Shown: positions 43,068 through 44,635 of the stretch, piece after piece
How the letters are laid out: every line of letters begins with the position of its first letter
Numbering within the stretch: the stretch's first letter is position 1
NCBI GenBank assembly: GCA_964550725.1
Contig: CAZKAC010000033.1
Location: 1-44,635, forward strand
Source: an uncultured archaeon
Lineage (GTDB): Archaea > Iainarchaeota > Iainarchaeia > Iainarchaeales > JAAZKV01
Length of the DNA stretch: 44,635 nt
Direction: 5' to 3'
Notes under the pieces: model-generated
What the model saw: the letters and a program-made list of their open reading frames with translations, nothing else
Told to the model about the DNA's origin: nothing
The model's database searches: none
Position numbers and translations under genes: made by a program

Positions 43068-43301
43068 ATGAATCAAAGAGAAATACTTAATAGTGTATCC
43101 GAAGAAAAGTTCAATCAAGAAGAAGAAAACGCAACACTATCTCATGATGGAAAACAATTTCTAATAAGAATACCAAAAGTAATAGCCGAAATAAAAAAAA
43201 TGAAAAAAGGCGACCAAATAAAATTCCACATAAAAATAGCAGAAAAACCAATGCCGACAGAAGAATCAGAATTAACAATTGAATATGTGAGAAAAAAATG
43301 A
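43068..43301 (+). CDS. AbrB/SpoVT-like (swapped-hairpin) small DNA-binding protein
   Basis: The ATG is preceded by AGGAG. The segment GKQFLIRIPKVIAEIKKMKKGDQIKFHI fits the AbrB-type pattern (..hRIPK.h...h.h..GD.h.h). Confidence 0.55.
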   Translation: MNQREILNSVSEEKFNQEEENATLSHDGKQFLIRIPKVIAEIKKMKKGDQIKFHIKIAEKPMPTEESELTIEYVRKK

Positions 43302-43510
43302 GTAATAACGATTACAAATCAACTATTAGAAAGCTTTTACAAGCACAAAGACGACCACTATCAACCAAAAGAATAGCAACAAAAACAAATATGGCATGGC
43401 CAACAGCAAAAAAATATTTAAACCAAATGAAAAAACAAGGAACACTCACAGCATACAAAAGTAGCAACCGAATCTTTTGGCAACCAACGAAAAAAAGAAA
43501 AGATTGGTAG
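43298..43510 (+). CDS. Small winged-helix DNA-binding protein
   Basis: ATGA overlap with the upstream gene. RPLSTKRIATKTNMAWPTAKKYLNQMKKQGTLTAY is a typical HTH plus wing. Confidence 0.5.
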   Translation: MSNNDYKSTIRKLLQAQRRPLSTKRIATKTNMAWPTAKKYLNQMKKQGTLTAYKSSNRIFWQPTKKRKDW

Positions 43511-43534
43511 ATTTTGGCTACCAATTTAGTTTAA

Positions 43535-44245
43535 TTAATTAGGTAATGATGGTGGGCCAGTTGCTGTTGAACCATAATTTAAGTAACAATCGTTTGCTAC
43601 TTTAACAACCATTACAATTCCAATATCTTCTTCTCTAAATTCATTTTCAAGATTTTTTCGATATTGTGCTTCTTGGGAACTACTTGGGTAAAACCATTTT
43701 TGATTTTCTGAATCCCAAAAATTGAATCCGGTTAAAGAACAATTAGAAAACAAATAATTATTTTTTACTCCTAACATATATGGATTAATTGCTAAAAAGT
43801 TCCACCCTTGAATAAGTTTTGCATATTTTTGATTTGTTTCAATTGAGGGCAAAGTATTTTTTTTACCAGCAGTAGTCCAAGTTTTACAATTTCCATTTGA
43901 ATGAACCCATGCTGCACCAGTAATTAAACCATTAACTGAATTTTGACTATCTGCCACTATTGTTAATGAGGGTGAACCAATATATTTTTTTTGACTTGCA
44001 TCATAAAAATATTGTTGTGGATATTTTTGGTGCCACCCAGTATTATTATTTAAATAATAACATTCACTTCTTTCAGAGTCTGAAAGTTCATTTGCAATAG
44101 TTGGTGGGGTGCCTGTTCCAATAGGAACTAAATTCCAACCTTCTTTTAAGTTTATTTCATAAGTTCCTGTTGTTGAATCATAATTTGCAAAAACAACTGA
44201 ACTTACTAATAAAACTAATCCTAAAATCATTAATATTTTCTTCAT
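43535..44245 (-). CDS. Secreted protein with two GWN-motif beta-rich modules. It ends in PPSLPN.
   Basis: The ATG is preceded by AGGAGG. Signal peptide MKKILMILGLVLLVSSVVFA. Internal repeat of LKEGWNLVPI / LIQGWNFLAI. Four Cys. Confidence 0.65.
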   Translation of the reverse strand: MKKILMILGLVLLVSSVVFANYDSTTGTYEINLKEGWNLVPIGTGTPPTIANELSDSERSECYYLNNNTGWHQKYPQQYFYDASQKKYIGSPSLTIVADSQNSVNGLITGAAWVHSNGNCKTWTTAGKKNTLPSIETNQKYAKLIQGWNFLAINPYMLGVKNNYLFSNCSLTGFNFWDSENQKWFYPSSSQEAQYRKNLENEFREEDIGIVMVVKVANDCYLNYGSTATGPPSLPN

Positions 44246-44259
44246 TTTTCATTCCTCCT

Positions 44260-44457
44260 TTATTCTGGCAGTGCTGGTGGCATTGGTGTTTCGTCTCCAG
44301 TTCCTGCTCCATTATTTGTATTATTTGTGTTGTCTGGTTGTGTTACAACATTTCCTGAACCATTATTTGTGTTATCAGTGTTTGTTGTTTCTGTGCAACC
44401 AAACATTAAACCAATTGCAACAAAGCAAATTAGCAAAACAATAATTATTTTCTTCAT
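44260..44457 (-). CDS. Small lipoprotein-like low-complexity (Asn/Thr/Gly) protein. It ends in PPALPE.
   Basis: The ATG at 44457 is preceded by GGAGG (the track start is TTG). Signal/lipobox-like MKKIIIVLLICFVAIGLMFGC, followed by a TNTDNTNNGSG...NTNNTNNGAGTG tract. Confidence 0.5.
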   Translation of the reverse strand: MKKIIIVLLICFVAIGLMFGCTETTNTDNTNNGSGNVVTQPDNTNNTNNGAGTGDETPMPPALPE

Positions 44458-44540
44458 GCTTAAAGCCTCCAATTTATATTATTTTAATGCTAAAATACTA
44501 TAAAAACATTTGTTTTAAAAAAAATGAATTTATGTACACA

Positions 44541-44580
44541 AGCCTAAGTTTCAGAGTTTATGAACAAAGCCTTATAACAA
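44541..44580 (-). repeat. Right terminal inverted repeat, partner of 41726-41760
   Basis: See the mobile element entry. It lies in non-coding DNA upstream of the 44260..44457 gene. Confidence 0.7.
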
Positions 44581-44635
44581 TAAAATACCATTATTAAAAA
44601 ACCTATTTACTTATTCTAAAAAAATATTTTTATTA

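Larger units (their letters stand above)
41726..44580. mobile_element. Candidate 2.85-kb transposable unit bounded by imperfect inverted repeats. It carries a DDE transposase and four passenger genes.
   Basis: The left end ttgttataacaaggctttgtttattaacttaggct (41726-41760) was compared with the reverse complement of 44541-44580, ttgttataaggctttgttcataaactctgaaacttaggct. The matching blocks are 9/9, 9/9 and 8/8, separated by 3-nt and 8-nt indels. No equally good partner for the left end lies next to the transposase 5' end. Confidence 0.5.

Noticed and set aside
1-44635. Search for tRNA, rRNA, RNase P or SRP RNA genes as G/C-rich islands in the A/T-rich background
   Set aside because: Scanning the intergenic regions by eye showed no G/C-rich stretch of 70 nt or more and no cloverleaf-like complementarity. 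The only G/C-enriched non-coding words are short (6828-6850, 6887-6908, 21881-21899). A covariance-model scan would be needed to exclude small RNAs.

Overview
Visibly AT-rich, gene-dense archaeal chromosome segment. Intergenic gaps are short, many starts follow GGTGAT/GGAGG-type Shine-Dalgarno sequences, and archaeal hallmark genes are present: PolD DP1/DP2, Orc1/Cdc6, aCPSF1, NAC, S3Ae, CDP-archaeol synthase and Bud32. Base composition, compactness and giant surface proteins suggest a small-genome, DPANN-like uncultivated archaeon, but this is inference. In order, the window holds: (1) a housekeeping block with aCPSF1, proteasome beta, FKBP, NAC, a nucleotidyltransferase and Hel308; (2) a 9.7 kb three-gene module of giant Cys-rich secreted or anchored proteins; (3) SepF coupled to a tail-anchored protein; (4) a candidate oriC with tandem AGTGGAA boxes next to cdc6, then PolD DP2 and DP1; DP2 carries a 475-aa LAGLIDADG intein with an atypical Tyr-Asp end; (5) a NOG1-type GTPase and SecF/SecD; (6) a gap-free S3Ae / DUF92 / CarS / archaeosortase-like operon, followed by a chimeric ORF that reuses a diverged copy of the CarS C-terminus; (7) S15, an ABC-F-type twin ATPase and Bud32; (8) an accessory region in which ~35-40 nt imperfect inverted repeats bracket a DDE transposase, two small DNA-binding proteins and two secreted proteins. 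I saw no rRNA, tRNA or CRISPR array. The best candidates for something undescribed are the archaeosortase/lipid operon with its chimeric neighbour and a PGF-CTERM-like substrate, the giant surface-protein module, and the IR-bounded passenger-carrying element.
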